Shown: piece after piece, positions 36,386 through 46,669 of the stretch
Layout of the letters: the number at the start of each line of letters is the position of its first letter
Position numbering within the stretch: position 1 is the first letter of the stretch
Assembly (NCBI GenBank): GCA_963851045.1
Contig: CAWKNC010000001.1
Location: 55,537 to 119,536 of the forward strand
DNA length: 64,000 nt
Origin: an uncultured Solirubrobacterales bacterium
GTDB taxonomy: Bacteria; Actinomycetota; Thermoleophilia; Solirubrobacterales; 70-9
Direction: 5' to 3'
The notes under the pieces: model-generated
Seen by the model: only the letters and a program-made list of their open reading frames with translations
Database searches by the model: none
What the model was told of the DNA's origin: nothing
Program-made: the position numbers and the translations under genes

Positions 36386-37648
36386 CTAGCCGATGACGGC
36401 CGGGGCGCCTGCCTCGACCAGGGCCTGCGGCAGCCGTACCGTCCCGTCCGCCTGCTGACCGTTCTCGATCAGCGCGATCAGCGTTCGGCTGACGGCAACC
36501 GCGGTGCCGTTGACCGTGTGCAGGACCTCGGGAGCGGCGTCTGTCTGCCGGCGGAAGCGGGCGCCGAGCCGGCGTGCCTGGTAGTCGGTGGTGTTCGAAC
36601 ACGACGTGAGTTCGCGGTAGCGCTCCTGGCTCGGAATCCACGCCTCGAGGTCGAACTTGCGCGCGGCAGGGGCGCCGAGGTCGCCAATCGCGATGTCGAC
36701 CACCCGGTAGGGAAGCTCGAGGTCGCCGAGGATCCGCTCCTGAAGCGCGAGGATCCGCTCGTGCTCGGCGCTGGAGTCCTCGGGCCGCACGAACGAGAAC
36801 ATCTCGACCTTGTCGAACTGGTGAACGCGGAAGATCCCGCGGGTGTCCTTGCCGGCGGCACCGGCCTCGCGGCGAAAGCACGTCGAGATCCCCGCGTAGC
36901 GGCGGGGTAGGTCGTCCGCGGCGAGGATCTCGTCGGCACCGAGGGCCGCGAGCGATACCTCGGAGGTCCCGACCAAAAAGAGCTCGTCGCGCTCGACCTC
37001 GTAGATCATCTCGCGCTCGCCCGGAAAGAACCCGGTGCCGTACAACGGGCCCTCGCGAACCAATACGGGCGGGACGACCGGCTCGAACCCCTCAGCCCGC
37101 ACGGTGTCCACCGCAAAGCGGATCAGCGCCAGCTCGACCATCACCAGGTCGCCGAGCAGGTAGGCAAAGCGCGACCCGGATCCGGCTGCCGCCTTCTCCA
37201 TCTCGATCCACCCGTGCTCGAGCCCGAGGTCGAGGTGGTCGCGGATCTCGAAGTCGAAGCTCGGCAGCTCGCCGACCTCTCGGAGCGTGATCGCATCCTC
37301 CTCGCCCCCATCGGGCGCGTAGGGATCCGGGAGGTTCGGCAGCGTCCCCGCGAGCGCATCGCGGCGCTCGGTGACCTCCGTGAGCTCGGCCTGGATCTGC
37401 TTGACCTCGGCCGAGACCGCCTGCATCTGCTCGATCACGTCGGAGGCATCCTCACCGGCCCGCTTGCGGTTGGCGATCTCCTCCGAGGCCTGGTTTTGCG
37501 CCGCGCGGCGGGTCTCAGCCTGGGGCAGCAGCTCGCGGCGGCGGGCGTCGAGCTCGAGCAGCTCGTCGAGCGCCTCGCCCGCACCGCGCCGTGCCAGGGC
37601 CTCCCGGGCGGGGCCCGGGTCGGCGCGGATTGCCCGCAGGTCGAGCAC
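36386..37648 (-). CDS. serS: seryl-tRNA synthetase
   Basis: VLDLRAIRADP N-terminus, coiled-coil arm and class II motifs (FRRE.., GSGSRFAYL, NGTAVAVSRTLIALIEN). GTG at 37648 gives 420 aa. Confidence 0.95.
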   Translation of the reverse strand: MLDLRAIRADPGPAREALARRGAGEALDELLELDARRRELLPQAETRRAAQNQASEEIANRKRAGEDASDVIEQMQAVSAEVKQIQAELTEVTERRDALAGTLPNLPDPYAPDGGEEDAITLREVGELPSFDFEIRDHLDLGLEHGWIEMEKAAAGSGSRFAYLLGDLVMVELALIRFAVDTVRAEGFEPVVPPVLVREGPLYGTGFFPGEREMIYEVERDELFLVGTSEVSLAALGADEILAADDLPRRYAGISTCFRREAGAAGKDTRGIFRVHQFDKVEMFSFVRPEDSSAEHERILALQERILGDLELPYRVVDIAIGDLGAPAARKFDLEAWIPSQERYRELTSCSNTTDYQARRLGARFRRQTDAAPEVLHTVNGTAVAVSRTLIALIENGQQADGTVRLPQALVEAGAPAVIG

Positions 37649-37659
37649 TACGGCGGGGT

Positions 37660-38058
37660 CTAGTCGCCGGGCTTGGCCGGGCGGTCGACATCGTCGCCGG
37701 CGTACTCGGCGACGAACTCGGCGACGGCCTGTGCGTCCTCGCCGACGACGATGTTCTGCGGCATGATCGCGCCGGAGTAACCGCCGTTGCGGATCGCGTA
37801 GAGAACGTTGTCCACGGACTCGACGCGCTCGTTGAGGTTCGGACCCTGATTTCGCACCTCGCGGTTGGCCGAGCCCTCGCTGCCGGCAGCGTCGAGCGAG
37901 TGGCATCCGGAGCAGCGGTCGGCAAAGAGGACGGCCCCTCGATAGTTGGGGTCGTCGTCTGCAACCTGGATCCCCTCGCTGCCGCAGGCACCGAGTGCGA
38001 GCGCGGTTGCGACCATTGCTGTGGAAAGACAAAGCCTGCGCAAGACCGGCGGCATCAT
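37660..38058 (-). CDS. c-type cytochrome lipoprotein
   Basis: Signal peptide with lipobox (ALALGAC), haem motif CSGCH and a distal Met context (GAIMPQ). Lies 11 nt upstream of serS. Confidence 0.8.
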   Translation of the reverse strand: MMPPVLRRLCLSTAMVATALALGACGSEGIQVADDDPNYRGAVLFADRCSGCHSLDAAGSEGSANREVRNQGPNLNERVESVDNVLYAIRNGGYSGAIMPQNIVVGEDAQAVAEFVAEYAGDDVDRPAKPGD

Positions 38059-38070
38059 ACTTCCGCCCCG

Positions 38071-38553
38071 ATGAAGGTGCCGACGCCGGACGAACTGCGA
38101 GAGGTAATGACCCTCCTGCCGACCGCTGTCGCGATCGTCACAGCCACCGGTGAGGACGGTCCGGCAGGGGCGACGGCGAACGCCGTGACCTCGCTTTCGC
38201 TCGACCCACCGCTGATGCTCGCTTGTCTCGATCGCCGCTCGAGAACGCTCGAGATCGTCCGCGAGGCGGGCGCGTTCGGGGTCAGCTACCTCGGCGGCGA
38301 CCAGGATGCGATCGCCCGGAGCTTCGCGACCAAGGCGCCCCACACCGAGAAGTTTCGCGAGGTCGCGTTCACCGACAGGGTCGGGGTCCCGATCCTCGAC
38401 GGGGCGATTGCCTGGGCGGTGTGCCGGATCAGCGCAACCCATCCGGGCGGCGATCACGAGATCTTCATCGGCGAGGTCGTCGAGCTGGGCGGACGCGGGG
38501 GCGACCCGCTGGTGTTTCACCGCGGCGACTACCTGCCCTTGAGCCAGGACTAG
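38071..38553 (+). CDS. flavin reductase-like FMN-binding split-barrel protein
   Basis: ELREVMTLLPTAVAIVTA...ANAVTSLSLDPPLMLACL...HEIFIGEVV is typical of the family. Confidence 0.85.
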   Translation: MKVPTPDELREVMTLLPTAVAIVTATGEDGPAGATANAVTSLSLDPPLMLACLDRRSRTLEIVREAGAFGVSYLGGDQDAIARSFATKAPHTEKFREVAFTDRVGVPILDGAIAWAVCRISATHPGGDHEIFIGEVVELGGRGGDPLVFHRGDYLPLSQD

Positions 38554-38784
38554 CGGCGCGGGCGCGGGGCTTGCTCGGCGGGGACCGGGAGCTCGTGGCG
38601 CTGACACCACTCGACCAGACGCCGGCGAGCGAGGCTGGCGGGGTCCGCCGCGGCACTCGCCTGCCGCGGGTCCAAGGCCGAGCTTGGCGCTGATCTCTGC
38701 GTTCGCTGGTCCATCGAGACAGCCAACAGGCTCCGACCGCGGAGGTTGCGGCATGAGCGCAAGTTGTCGAACGGGCCTGGCTGC

Positions 38785-39222
38785 CTAGAACAGATGCCCA
38801 CTCGTGCCCGCTGCGCGCAGCGCGAGGAAGAACACGACCCAGGCCGAGACGCTCATGATCCCGGTCTCGCGGCGAACGATCGCCATCGCAAAGCTGCGCT
38901 TTCGGTCTGGCGGAAGCGAGTCGAAGTCGATGCCCACGAGCTCGCGTTCGGACGCTCCGGCGCGCATTCCCTCGGCGAGCAGCGTCACCGCGAGCGGCAG
39001 CACGCCGTAGAGGTAGTGAAGGTCGCCGGGCGCCTCGTTGCCGGCGAGAATCAACAGCGTTCCGAGCAGCAGCTGAACAACGACGAGTGCCTGCGCCGTG
39101 CGCAGGACGTACCAGAAGGCGACGCTCGGACGACTCTGAAACCAGGCGAGCCCACCAACCGCGCCGGCGGCGAAGTTGGCGACAAGGACGGAGACGCCCA
39201 CGATGAGGTGCGCGGTCGACAT
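38785..39222 (-). CDS. membrane protein, function unknown
   Basis: Four hydrophobic helices. Divergent from nuoA. Confidence 0.5.
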   Translation of the reverse strand: MSTAHLIVGVSVLVANFAAGAVGGLAWFQSRPSVAFWYVLRTAQALVVVQLLLGTLLILAGNEAPGDLHYLYGVLPLAVTLLAEGMRAGASERELVGIDFDSLPPDRKRSFAMAIVRRETGIMSVSAWVVFFLALRAAGTSGHLF

Positions 39223-39312
39223 CTCAGCCGCGGCCGTGAACTTTCGAATCTCGCTTGTTTATGCGGAACATCACGATGTAGCACCCAGGCACAAGGCAAT
39301 ACAGTGTGAGCA

Positions 39313-39678
39313 GTGCTGCGTAGCTACTTGCCAGTCTTGGTCTTCGTCGGTCTCGGCACTCTGGTCGGTACGGCTTTTGCCGTCCTCAACTCGGTGGTCG
39401 GCCGCAAGCGAGTCGTCGCCCGTGCGGCGAAGGCGGACCCCTACGAGTGCGGCCTCCCCAGCGAGGTCTCGCGGACCTTCCGCTTCGGGGTCAGCTTCTA
39501 CATGATCGCGATGCTCTTCATCCTCTTCGATATCGAGGTCGTCTTCCTCTATCCGGTGGGGGCGATCCTCAATGCCGCCGATTCTGTCTTCGTCCTCGTC
39601 GAGGTCATCGTCTTCGTCGTCTTGCTGTTCGTGGCCTTCATCTACGTGTGGCGAAGGGGGGCATTGGATTGGAGATAA
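39313..39678 (+). CDS. nuoA: NADH-quinone oxidoreductase subunit A
   Basis: 121 aa, 3 TM, YECG and [10 protein letters not shown] motifs. GTG start. Confidence 0.9.
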   Translation: MLRSYLPVLVFVGLGTLVGTAFAVLNSVVGRKRVVARAAKADPYECGLPSEVSRTFRFGVSFYMIAMLFILFDIEVVFLYPVGAILNAADSVFVLVEVIVFVVLLFVAFIYVWRRGALDWR

Positions 39679-40385
39679 AGAGAGAGAAGCTGCGCGACCT
39701 CACTCCCTTGGACGAACCCGGTTCGCCCAAGCATCTGCGCGTCCGCCAGCTGCGAGCGCGCGACCTTCTGCGCGGTGACCTCGACGACACCGAGCTCGAG
39801 GAGCACGTCAGGGAGTCGGTCGGGATGACCTCGCTCGAGAAGCTGCTCGCCTGGGGTGCGTCGAACTCGGTCTTTCCGATGACCTTCGGCCTCGCCTGCT
39901 GCGCGATGGAGATGATCGCGGTCGTCGGCTCGCCCCGAAACGACCTCGCCCGCTTCGGTGCCGAGGCCCTGCGCGCGTCGCCGCGCCAGGCCGACCTGAT
40001 CATCCTGTCGGGACGGGTCTCGATCAAGATGGCACCCGTCGTCCGCCGTCTTTACGACCAGATGCTCGAGCCGCGCTGGGCGATCTCGATGGGCGCCTGC
40101 TCGTCGTCGGGCGGCATGTTCGCCAACTATGCGGTCGTCCAGGGCGCCGACAAGTTCATGCCCATCGACGTCCACGTGCCCGGTTGTCCGCCGCGCCCCG
40201 AAGCGCTGATGTACGGCTTCAACAAGCTTCAGCGCCAGATCCAGGGCAACGCCGACATGGGCTGGCGCCGCCGATACAACGCCGAAGGAACCGAGGAGTG
40301 GGCGCAGGATGGTGCCATCGCCGGGCCCTCGGCCGAGGCCGAAGCGGCTTATGCCAAGGCCAGGGAATCGATGCTTCGTGCCTGA
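39669..40385 (+). CDS. nuoB: NADH-quinone oxidoreductase subunit B
   Basis: [18 protein letters not shown] and PGCPPRP (N2 cluster ligands). The start is TTG 39669, the only canonical upstream start. ATG 39825 is the alternative. Confidence 0.85.
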   Translation: MEIKREKLRDLTPLDEPGSPKHLRVRQLRARDLLRGDLDDTELEEHVRESVGMTSLEKLLAWGASNSVFPMTFGLACCAMEMIAVVGSPRNDLARFGAEALRASPRQADLIILSGRVSIKMAPVVRRLYDQMLEPRWAISMGACSSSGGMFANYAVVQGADKFMPIDVHVPGCPPRPEALMYGFNKLQRQIQGNADMGWRRRYNAEGTEEWAQDGAIAGPSAEAEAAYAKARESMLRA

Positions 40386-40908
40386 TGCTCCCGGCCTCGA
40401 GCTGATCGCGGGCGAGCTGCGCGACGCGCACCCGGAATCGATCACCGGCACCTACCACGAGCACGGCCAGGCCTGCCTGATCGCCGATCCCGAGCAGATC
40501 CTCGACGTCCTCGCCTGGCTGCGCGACACCCCGGGCCAGGAGTACGGGTTCCTCGCCAGCGTCCACGGGGTCGACTACCTCCCGGCCGAACCGCGCTTCG
40601 GCGTCCATTACGAGCTCTTGAACCGCGACCGGGTCGAACGGATCCGAGTCCGCGCGGCGCTCGCCGACCCAGGGCCCGACGCGCTCCCGGAGATCGACAG
40701 CTGCGTGGAGATGTTCCCCACCGCGGACATGCAGGAGCGCGAGGTCTATGAGATGTTCGGGATCATCTTCCGCGGTCACCCCGACCTGCGACGGCTGCTA
40801 CTGCCGGAGCTCTACGTCGGCTGGCCCCAGCGCCGCGACTTTCCGATCGGTGGCGAGCCCGTGATCTTCACGCACAACGAGCACACCGTTCCGGGGTGGT
40901 CTGAGTGA
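40378..40908 (+). CDS. nuoC: NADH-quinone oxidoreductase subunit C
   Basis: HYELLN..., [25 protein letters not shown] at 40378 follows AGGGA and overlaps the nuoB stop. Confidence 0.85.
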   Translation: MPDAPGLELIAGELRDAHPESITGTYHEHGQACLIADPEQILDVLAWLRDTPGQEYGFLASVHGVDYLPAEPRFGVHYELLNRDRVERIRVRAALADPGPDALPEIDSCVEMFPTADMQEREVYEMFGIIFRGHPDLRRLLLPELYVGWPQRRDFPIGGEPVIFTHNEHTVPGWSE

Positions 40909-42212
40909 GGCGAGACGAGGGGGACGAGCGCGAGGAGTCGGGCAGCGCGCCGGCCTATGGCGGCGACGTGATCGCCGCGAGCTCGGCGACCGTCATCGGC
41001 ACCTCACTCATCGAGCAGACCGACGCGGGCGTCGTCCTCGAGCCCGAGCACGAGCTGCTGACGGTGAATATGGGCCCGCACCACCCCGCCACGCACGGGG
41101 TGCTGCGCTTGCTGGTCAGCCTCCAGGGTGAGGAGGTCGTGGACATGAAGCCGGTGATCGGCTACGTCCACACCGGCATCGAGAAGTCGTGCGAGGACAA
41201 GAGCTACTGGAAGGTCATCCCGTTCGTCGAGCGGATGGACTACGTCTCCTACTTCTTCAACATGCAGGCGTTCTGCGGCGCGGTCGAGCAGCTGCTCGAG
41301 CTGGAGATCCCGCCGCGGGCCAAGTACCTGCGGACGCTGTTCTTGGAGCTCAACCGCATCCACTCGCACCTGATCTGGCTCGGCACCTCGGCGCTCGATC
41401 TCGGTGCGGTGTCGATGCTCTGGTACACGTTTCGCCAGCGCGACGCGATCGTCGATCTGTTCGAGATGGCGGCGGGCCAGCGCATGCACACCCGCTACTT
41501 CCAGGTCGGCGGTGTCTTCGAGGACATCCCCGACGGCTTCGAGGAGAAGGCCCGCGCCTTCTGCGCCGACTTCCCGAAGCGCGTCGATCAGTACGAGGCG
41601 CTGCTCGACCGCAACGAGATCTTCTTGCAGCGGACCAAGGGGGTCGGGATCGTCTCGCGCGAGCGGCTGCTCGAGCTCGGTGTCACCGGGCCGCTGCTGC
41701 GCGCGTCCGGAGAGCCCTGGGACCTGCGCAAGGCGCACCCCTACCTCGCCTACGGCGACCTCGACTTCAAGATCCCGGTCGGGACCGTCGGCGACGGCTA
41801 CGACCGCTTCCGGGTTCGCATGACCGAGATGCGGGAGTCGGTGCGGTTGATCGAGCAGTGTCTCGACGGCCTGCCGGAGGGACCGTGGATCGCCGACGAT
41901 CGCAAGATCGTGCTCCCGCCTCGCGACGAGCTCTCGACCTCGATGGAGGCGCTGATCCACCACTTCAAGCTGGTCACCGAGGGCTTCCGGGTACCGCCCG
42001 GCGAGGTTTACTACCCGATCGAGTCGCCGCGCGGCGAACTGGGCTGCTACGTGCTCGCCGACGGCTCGGCGAAGCCGGCGCGGGTCCACCTGCGCGACCC
42101 ATCCTTCGTGAACCTGCAGATGCTGCGCGATATGTGTCTCGGCGGCTACGTCGCCGACCTGATTCAGAACCTCGCCATGCTCGACCCGATCCTCGGAGGG
42201 ATCGACCGCTGA
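40905..42212 (+). CDS. nuoD: NADH-quinone oxidoreductase subunit D
   Basis: MGPHHPATHGVLRL, GYVHTGIEK, and a C-terminus ending ..DPILGGIDR. GTGA overlap with nuoC. Confidence 0.95.
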   Translation: MRRDEGDEREESGSAPAYGGDVIAASSATVIGTSLIEQTDAGVVLEPEHELLTVNMGPHHPATHGVLRLLVSLQGEEVVDMKPVIGYVHTGIEKSCEDKSYWKVIPFVERMDYVSYFFNMQAFCGAVEQLLELEIPPRAKYLRTLFLELNRIHSHLIWLGTSALDLGAVSMLWYTFRQRDAIVDLFEMAAGQRMHTRYFQVGGVFEDIPDGFEEKARAFCADFPKRVDQYEALLDRNEIFLQRTKGVGIVSRERLLELGVTGPLLRASGEPWDLRKAHPYLAYGDLDFKIPVGTVGDGYDRFRVRMTEMRESVRLIEQCLDGLPEGPWIADDRKIVLPPRDELSTSMEALIHHFKLVTEGFRVPPGEVYYPIESPRGELGCYVLADGSAKPARVHLRDPSFVNLQMLRDMCLGGYVADLIQNLAMLDPILGGIDR

Positions 42213-42214
42213 CG

Positions 42215-42931
42215 ATGGATGCCGAAACGAAACAGCCCGAGCACCTCATGCGCCCGACCGACGAGCTCACGGCCGAGGAGCGACGTGAGCTGATCGCGTC
42301 GATGCGCCCGGGCGACGCCGAGGGCGTGCCGGAGCTGCACGAGGTCGACATCCCCGACGAGCTCCGCGAGCAGATCGAGGCTGCGATGTCGCGCTACCCG
42401 CAGCTGCGCTCCGCCTCGATCCCGGCGCTGTGGGCGGTCCAGCGCCATTACGGCTGGTGCTCGCCGGACGGGATTCGCCAGGCCGCAGCGGTCATGGGCG
42501 TCACCCCCGCCTACCTGCAGTCGGTCGCGTCGTTTTACGACCTCTTCGCGACCGCGCCGATCGGCACTCACAGGGTGCTCGTCTGTCACAACATCTCCTG
42601 CTGGATGAACGGCGCGGACCGCCTGCTCGAGGCGTTCTGCGATGCCACCGGCGCCGATCATCACGACGCCGATCACGCAGGCGCAACCTCGCCCGACGGC
42701 GAGTTCTTCGTCAAGGGCTTCGAGTGCCTCGGCGCCTGCGACATCGCGCCGATGGTCTCGATCAACGAGCGCTACTACGGCCCGCTGACCGACGCGGACG
42801 CGCTCGCGGCGATCGAGGCGATCCGCGCCGGGGATGAGCCACTGGCCGAGAAGGCGCTTACCGAGCGCGGCGCGGCGGGTGGCCCTGAGCCAGACCCTGA
42901 TCCGCGGGTATCGGGAGCAGACGATGCCTGA
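42215..42931 (+). CDS. nuoE: NADH-quinone oxidoreductase subunit E (2Fe-2S), with N- and C-terminal extensions
   Basis: VCHNISCWMNG...CLGACDIAP cluster ligands. ATG at 42215 lies 2 nt after the nuoD stop. Confidence 0.9.
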   Translation: MDAETKQPEHLMRPTDELTAEERRELIASMRPGDAEGVPELHEVDIPDELREQIEAAMSRYPQLRSASIPALWAVQRHYGWCSPDGIRQAAAVMGVTPAYLQSVASFYDLFATAPIGTHRVLVCHNISCWMNGADRLLEAFCDATGADHHDADHAGATSPDGEFFVKGFECLGACDIAPMVSINERYYGPLTDADALAAIEAIRAGDEPLAEKALTERGAAGGPEPDPDPRVSGADDA

Positions 42932-44249
42932 GACCCGAATGCTCTTCCGCAACATCGACGCCGAGGGCCTGGCGACGATCGATGGTTACCGGCGCCTCGG
43001 TGGCTACAGCGCCCTCCAGCGCGCCTTCCGCGAGCTCGATCCCGAGGACCTGATCGGGACGCTCGAGGAGTCGGGCCTTCGCGGCCGCGGCGGCGCCGGG
43101 TTCTCGATGGGTAAGAAGGGCTCCTTCCTCCCCCGAGGCGACATGGAGAAGTACCTGTGCTGCAACGCCGACGAGTCCGAGCCGGGCACGTTCAAGGATC
43201 GCGAGCTGATGCAAAAGAACCCGCACCAGCTGGTCGAGGGCGTCGCGATCGCCGCGCTGGCCGTCGGCGCGACCTACGCCTTCATCTTCATTCGCGGTGA
43301 GTACTGGGGGATCGCGGACATCCTCGACAACGCCGTCTCCGAGGCCTACGCGGCCGGGTTTCTCGGCACCAACATCCTCGGCACCGGACGGCGCGTCGAG
43401 CTCGTCGTCCACCGCGGCGCCGGGGCCTACATCTGCGGCGAGGAGACCGCCCTTCTGGACTCGCTCGAGGGCAAGCGCGGCAACCCGCGCCTGAAGCCCC
43501 CGTTCCCCGCGATTCAGGGGCTCTATGGCGGACCGACGCTCATCAACAACGTCGAGACGCTCGCGAACGTCCCGCACATCGTCAACAACGGCGCCAACTG
43601 GTTCAAGAGCTTTGGCACCGAGCAGTCACCGGGGACGAAGGTGGTCTCGATCTCCGGCTGCGTCCAGCGGCCCGGCAACTACGAGATCGAGCTCGGCATC
43701 CAGTCGCGCGAGCTCATCTACGGCCTCGCCGGCGGACCGCCCGAGGGGCGCTCGATCAAGGCATGGTTTCCGGGCGGCTCGTCGTCCCCCGTCCTGACCC
43801 CGGACACGCTCGACCTGCCGTACACCTTCGAGGCGATGGCCGAGGCGGGCTCGATGCTCGGCTCCGGCGCGATCATCGTCTGCGACGAGACCGTCTCGAT
43901 CCCCGAGCTCGCGCTGCGAACCGCGCGCTTTTATCACCACGAGTCATGCGGCAAATGCACCCCATGTCGCGAGGGGACCAACTGGACGGTGAAGATGCTC
44001 GAGCGGATCCCGCGCGGGGAGGCCACCCCGATGGACCTCGACATCATCGCCTCTGTCCAGCAGAACATCATGGGCAACTGCCTGTGCGTGCTGGGCGACT
44101 CGATGGCGATGCCCGTGGGCGCGATGGTCTCGAAGTTCCGCGACGAGTTCGAGGCGGCGATCGCGCGCGGCCATGAGGCCGGCCCGGGCCCGCTCGATCG
44201 CGTTCACGCCGACACTGACGGTCCCGTGACCGCCGGGGTCATAGCGTGA
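42924..44249 (+). CDS. nuoF: NADH-quinone oxidoreductase subunit F
   Basis: GRGGAGF, GAGAYICGEETALL and ESCGKCTPCREG. The ATG at 42924 overlaps nuoE by 8 nt. Confidence 0.95.
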   Translation: MPETRMLFRNIDAEGLATIDGYRRLGGYSALQRAFRELDPEDLIGTLEESGLRGRGGAGFSMGKKGSFLPRGDMEKYLCCNADESEPGTFKDRELMQKNPHQLVEGVAIAALAVGATYAFIFIRGEYWGIADILDNAVSEAYAAGFLGTNILGTGRRVELVVHRGAGAYICGEETALLDSLEGKRGNPRLKPPFPAIQGLYGGPTLINNVETLANVPHIVNNGANWFKSFGTEQSPGTKVVSISGCVQRPGNYEIELGIQSRELIYGLAGGPPEGRSIKAWFPGGSSSPVLTPDTLDLPYTFEAMAEAGSMLGSGAIIVCDETVSIPELALRTARFYHHESCGKCTPCREGTNWTVKMLERIPRGEATPMDLDIIASVQQNIMGNCLCVLGDSMAMPVGAMVSKFRDEFEAAIARGHEAGPGPLDRVHADTDGPVTAGVIA

Positions 44250-46669
44250 GCGGCGAGAAGATCACGCTCGTCGTCGACGGCGTCGAGGTCGAGGCCACCG
44301 AGGGCGCGATGCTGGTCGATGCGGCCAAGGGCGGCGACGTCGAGATCCCCGTCTTCTGTTACGAGCCGAAGCTCGGCGGCCCGGTGGGCGCCTGTCGCAT
44401 GTGCCTTGTCGAGATCGAGGGCATCCCGAAGCTGCAGACGGCATGCTCGACCCCGGTTCGCGACGGGATGGTCGCGTACACGCGTACCGACCGCGTCGTC
44501 GAGGCCCAGAACGCCGTCGTCGAGTTCCTGCTCGTCAACCATCCCCTTGACTGTCCGGTCTGCGACAAGGGCGGGGAGTGCCCGCTGCAGGACATCGCGA
44601 TGGGGTGGGGCCCGGGCCGCAGCCGCTTCACCGACCCCAAGCGCCACTTCCGCAAGCCGGTACCGCTCTCGCCGCTCGTTCGCATCGATCGCGAGCGCTG
44701 CATTCTCTGCTACCGCTGCGTGCGCTTCAGCCAGGAGGTCTCAGAGGACGAGCAGCTGCAGCTGCTCGAGCGCGGCGCGTCGAGCCACGTCGGCACCTTC
44801 GACGACCGCCCCTACATCGCCCCGTTTCACGGCAACATCATCGAGCTCTGTCCCGTCGGTGCGCTGACCTCCGAGGCATATCGATTCCGTGCGCGCCCCT
44901 GGGACATCGAGGACTCGGGCTCGATCTGCACCCTCTGCCCGAGCCAGTGCAACGTCAAGTTCACGGTCCGCGACGAGGCAATCAAGCGGGTGCTCGCCCG
45001 CGACAACGAGGAGGTCGACAACGGCTGGCTTTGCGACAAGGGCCGCTTTGGCTTCGAGATGCTCAGCTCGCAAGATCGGATCACGAAGCCGCGCCTGAGC
45101 GGCAACCCCGCCGCGTGGGCTGAGACCGTCCAGTCGGCGGCGAGCAAGCTCCGCGCTTCCGGCGCCAAGACGGCGGCGATCGTCGGTGGCCAGGCCTCCA
45201 ACGAGGAGGCCTACCTGGTCCAACGCATCGTCCGCCACCTCGGTTCGCCCCACGTGACCTCGACGGACGAGATCGACGCCGGCCTGCTGCGCGACCTCTC
45301 GGCGCCCGAGCTCTCGGCGGCGATGACGGAGATCGACGCTGCCGACTCGATCCTGGTCGTCGGCGTCGACCCGCTCAACGCGATGCCGATCCTCGACCTG
45401 CGCCTGCGCAAGGCAATTCGCCAGTCCGGCGTTCGGCTCTGCGTCGCCTCCGAGCGACCAACGGCGCTCGACGGTGGCGCAGAGGAGACCGCTCGCTACA
45501 TGCCGGGAGGGGCCGCCGCCTTCCTCACCGCGCTTGCGGCACAGGCGGTCGGCACCGAGCGGCCCGAGCACGACGAGATGCACGCCGACGCGGCACGGCT
45601 GGCCGAGGGGCTGCGACCGGGCAAGACCGTGATCGTCTACGGCGAGCGCCTGGCTCGCGGGCCCGCCGGCGTTGCCGCGCTGGCAGCCCTTCGCGAGGCG
45701 GTCAAGGTGCTCAACTCCGACCTCGACGGGGCCGGCCTGATCGGCATCCCGGACGGCTCCAACGCACGCGGCGTTCGCGAGGTCGGCTGCGTTACCGGCG
45801 CGGGACCCGGCTTCACCGCGGCCGAGGCAGGGCGCGACCTCGAGTCGATCAAGCAGGGCCTGCTCGACGGCGAACTCGACGGGATCATCCTCTGCCATGC
45901 CGACCCGGTCCGCGACCTCCCCGACGGTCCCGGCTGGGCTGAGGCGCTGCGCCGCGCGCGCACCGTGATCGCGGTGTCGAGCTTCGACGACGCCTCGACC
46001 AAGGCCGCAGACGTCGTCATCCCCGCCGAGGCATACGCCGAGAAGGAGGGCACCGTCACCCACCCCGACGGCCGTCTTCAGCGCCTGCGCCCCGCCGTCC
46101 CGCGCCCCGATCAGGTGCGGCCCGTGTGGCAGGTGCTGAGCGCGATCGCCGAGGCGCTCGGGGATGAGACCGAGATCGGGTCAGCCACAGACGCGCTCGC
46201 CGCGATCGCCGCCGAGGTCTCCTTCTACGCCGGGATCACCGCCGAGGAGATCGGCGGCCAAGGCGTCCGCTGGCAGGAGCGCGAGGCCGCCGCATCGTTC
46301 CCGCGCGAGGACACGCTGCCCCATCCGCAGTCAACTCCCGGCAGCGCCGCTTCGCGCACGGGGTCGGCCGAGGAGCTGCAGCTCGGGACCTACCGCGACC
46401 TCTGGGTGGGCGAGGTCACCGAGCGCAACCCGGCGCTGGAGTTCTTGGCGCCGTCGCAGATGGTGGAGATCGCGCCGGTGGACGGCGAGCGTCTCGGCCT
46501 CACCAACGGCGACGAGGTGGTGGTCCGCTCGAACGGCACGTCGGTGCAAGCGCGGGTCGCCCTGCGAGATCGCATCCGCCCGGGCGCCGCCTTCCTGATC
46601 GAGGGCACCAAGACTGAGAACGCGAACGTCTTTGCCGGGGGCGAGCACGTGACGCTGGAGAAGCTGTGA
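44246..46669 (+). CDS. nuoG: NADH-quinone oxidoreductase subunit G
   Basis: N-terminal 2Fe-2S and 4Fe-4S Cys clusters (CRMCLVE, CPVCDKGGECPLQD, CILCYRCVRF), then a molybdopterin-oxidoreductase-like body. 807 aa. Confidence 0.95.
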   Translation: MSGEKITLVVDGVEVEATEGAMLVDAAKGGDVEIPVFCYEPKLGGPVGACRMCLVEIEGIPKLQTACSTPVRDGMVAYTRTDRVVEAQNAVVEFLLVNHPLDCPVCDKGGECPLQDIAMGWGPGRSRFTDPKRHFRKPVPLSPLVRIDRERCILCYRCVRFSQEVSEDEQLQLLERGASSHVGTFDDRPYIAPFHGNIIELCPVGALTSEAYRFRARPWDIEDSGSICTLCPSQCNVKFTVRDEAIKRVLARDNEEVDNGWLCDKGRFGFEMLSSQDRITKPRLSGNPAAWAETVQSAASKLRASGAKTAAIVGGQASNEEAYLVQRIVRHLGSPHVTSTDEIDAGLLRDLSAPELSAAMTEIDAADSILVVGVDPLNAMPILDLRLRKAIRQSGVRLCVASERPTALDGGAEETARYMPGGAAAFLTALAAQAVGTERPEHDEMHADAARLAEGLRPGKTVIVYGERLARGPAGVAALAALREAVKVLNSDLDGAGLIGIPDGSNARGVREVGCVTGAGPGFTAAEAGRDLESIKQGLLDGELDGIILCHADPVRDLPDGPGWAEALRRARTVIAVSSFDDASTKAADVVIPAEAYAEKEGTVTHPDGRLQRLRPAVPRPDQVRPVWQVLSAIAEALGDETEIGSATDALAAIAAEVSFYAGITAEEIGGQGVRWQEREAAASFPREDTLPHPQSTPGSAASRTGSAEELQLGTYRDLWVGEVTERNPALEFLAPSQMVEIAPVDGERLGLTNGDEVVVRSNGTSVQARVALRDRIRPGAAFLIEGTKTENANVFAGGEHVTLEKL

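Noticed and set aside
38554-38784. A GC-rich 231-nt spacer between the convergent flavin-reductase and membrane-protein genes. On the minus strand two overlapping frames give ..GPANAEISAKLGL and DPRQASAAADPASLARRRLVEWCQRHELPVP, vaguely HTH-like if joined by a frameshift.
   Set aside because: There is no credible start or RBS. It requires an assumed frameshift, and the similarity to any HTH family is too weak to call. It may be a decayed gene remnant.
39679-39824. A 146-nt nuoA-nuoB spacer, if nuoB starts at ATG 39825. It could be a leader or attenuator.
   Set aside because: The stretch is open in the nuoB frame from TTG 39669. The segment ..[27 protein letters not shown] aligns with the N-terminal region of Thermus Nqo6 as I recall it, so it is more likely coding.
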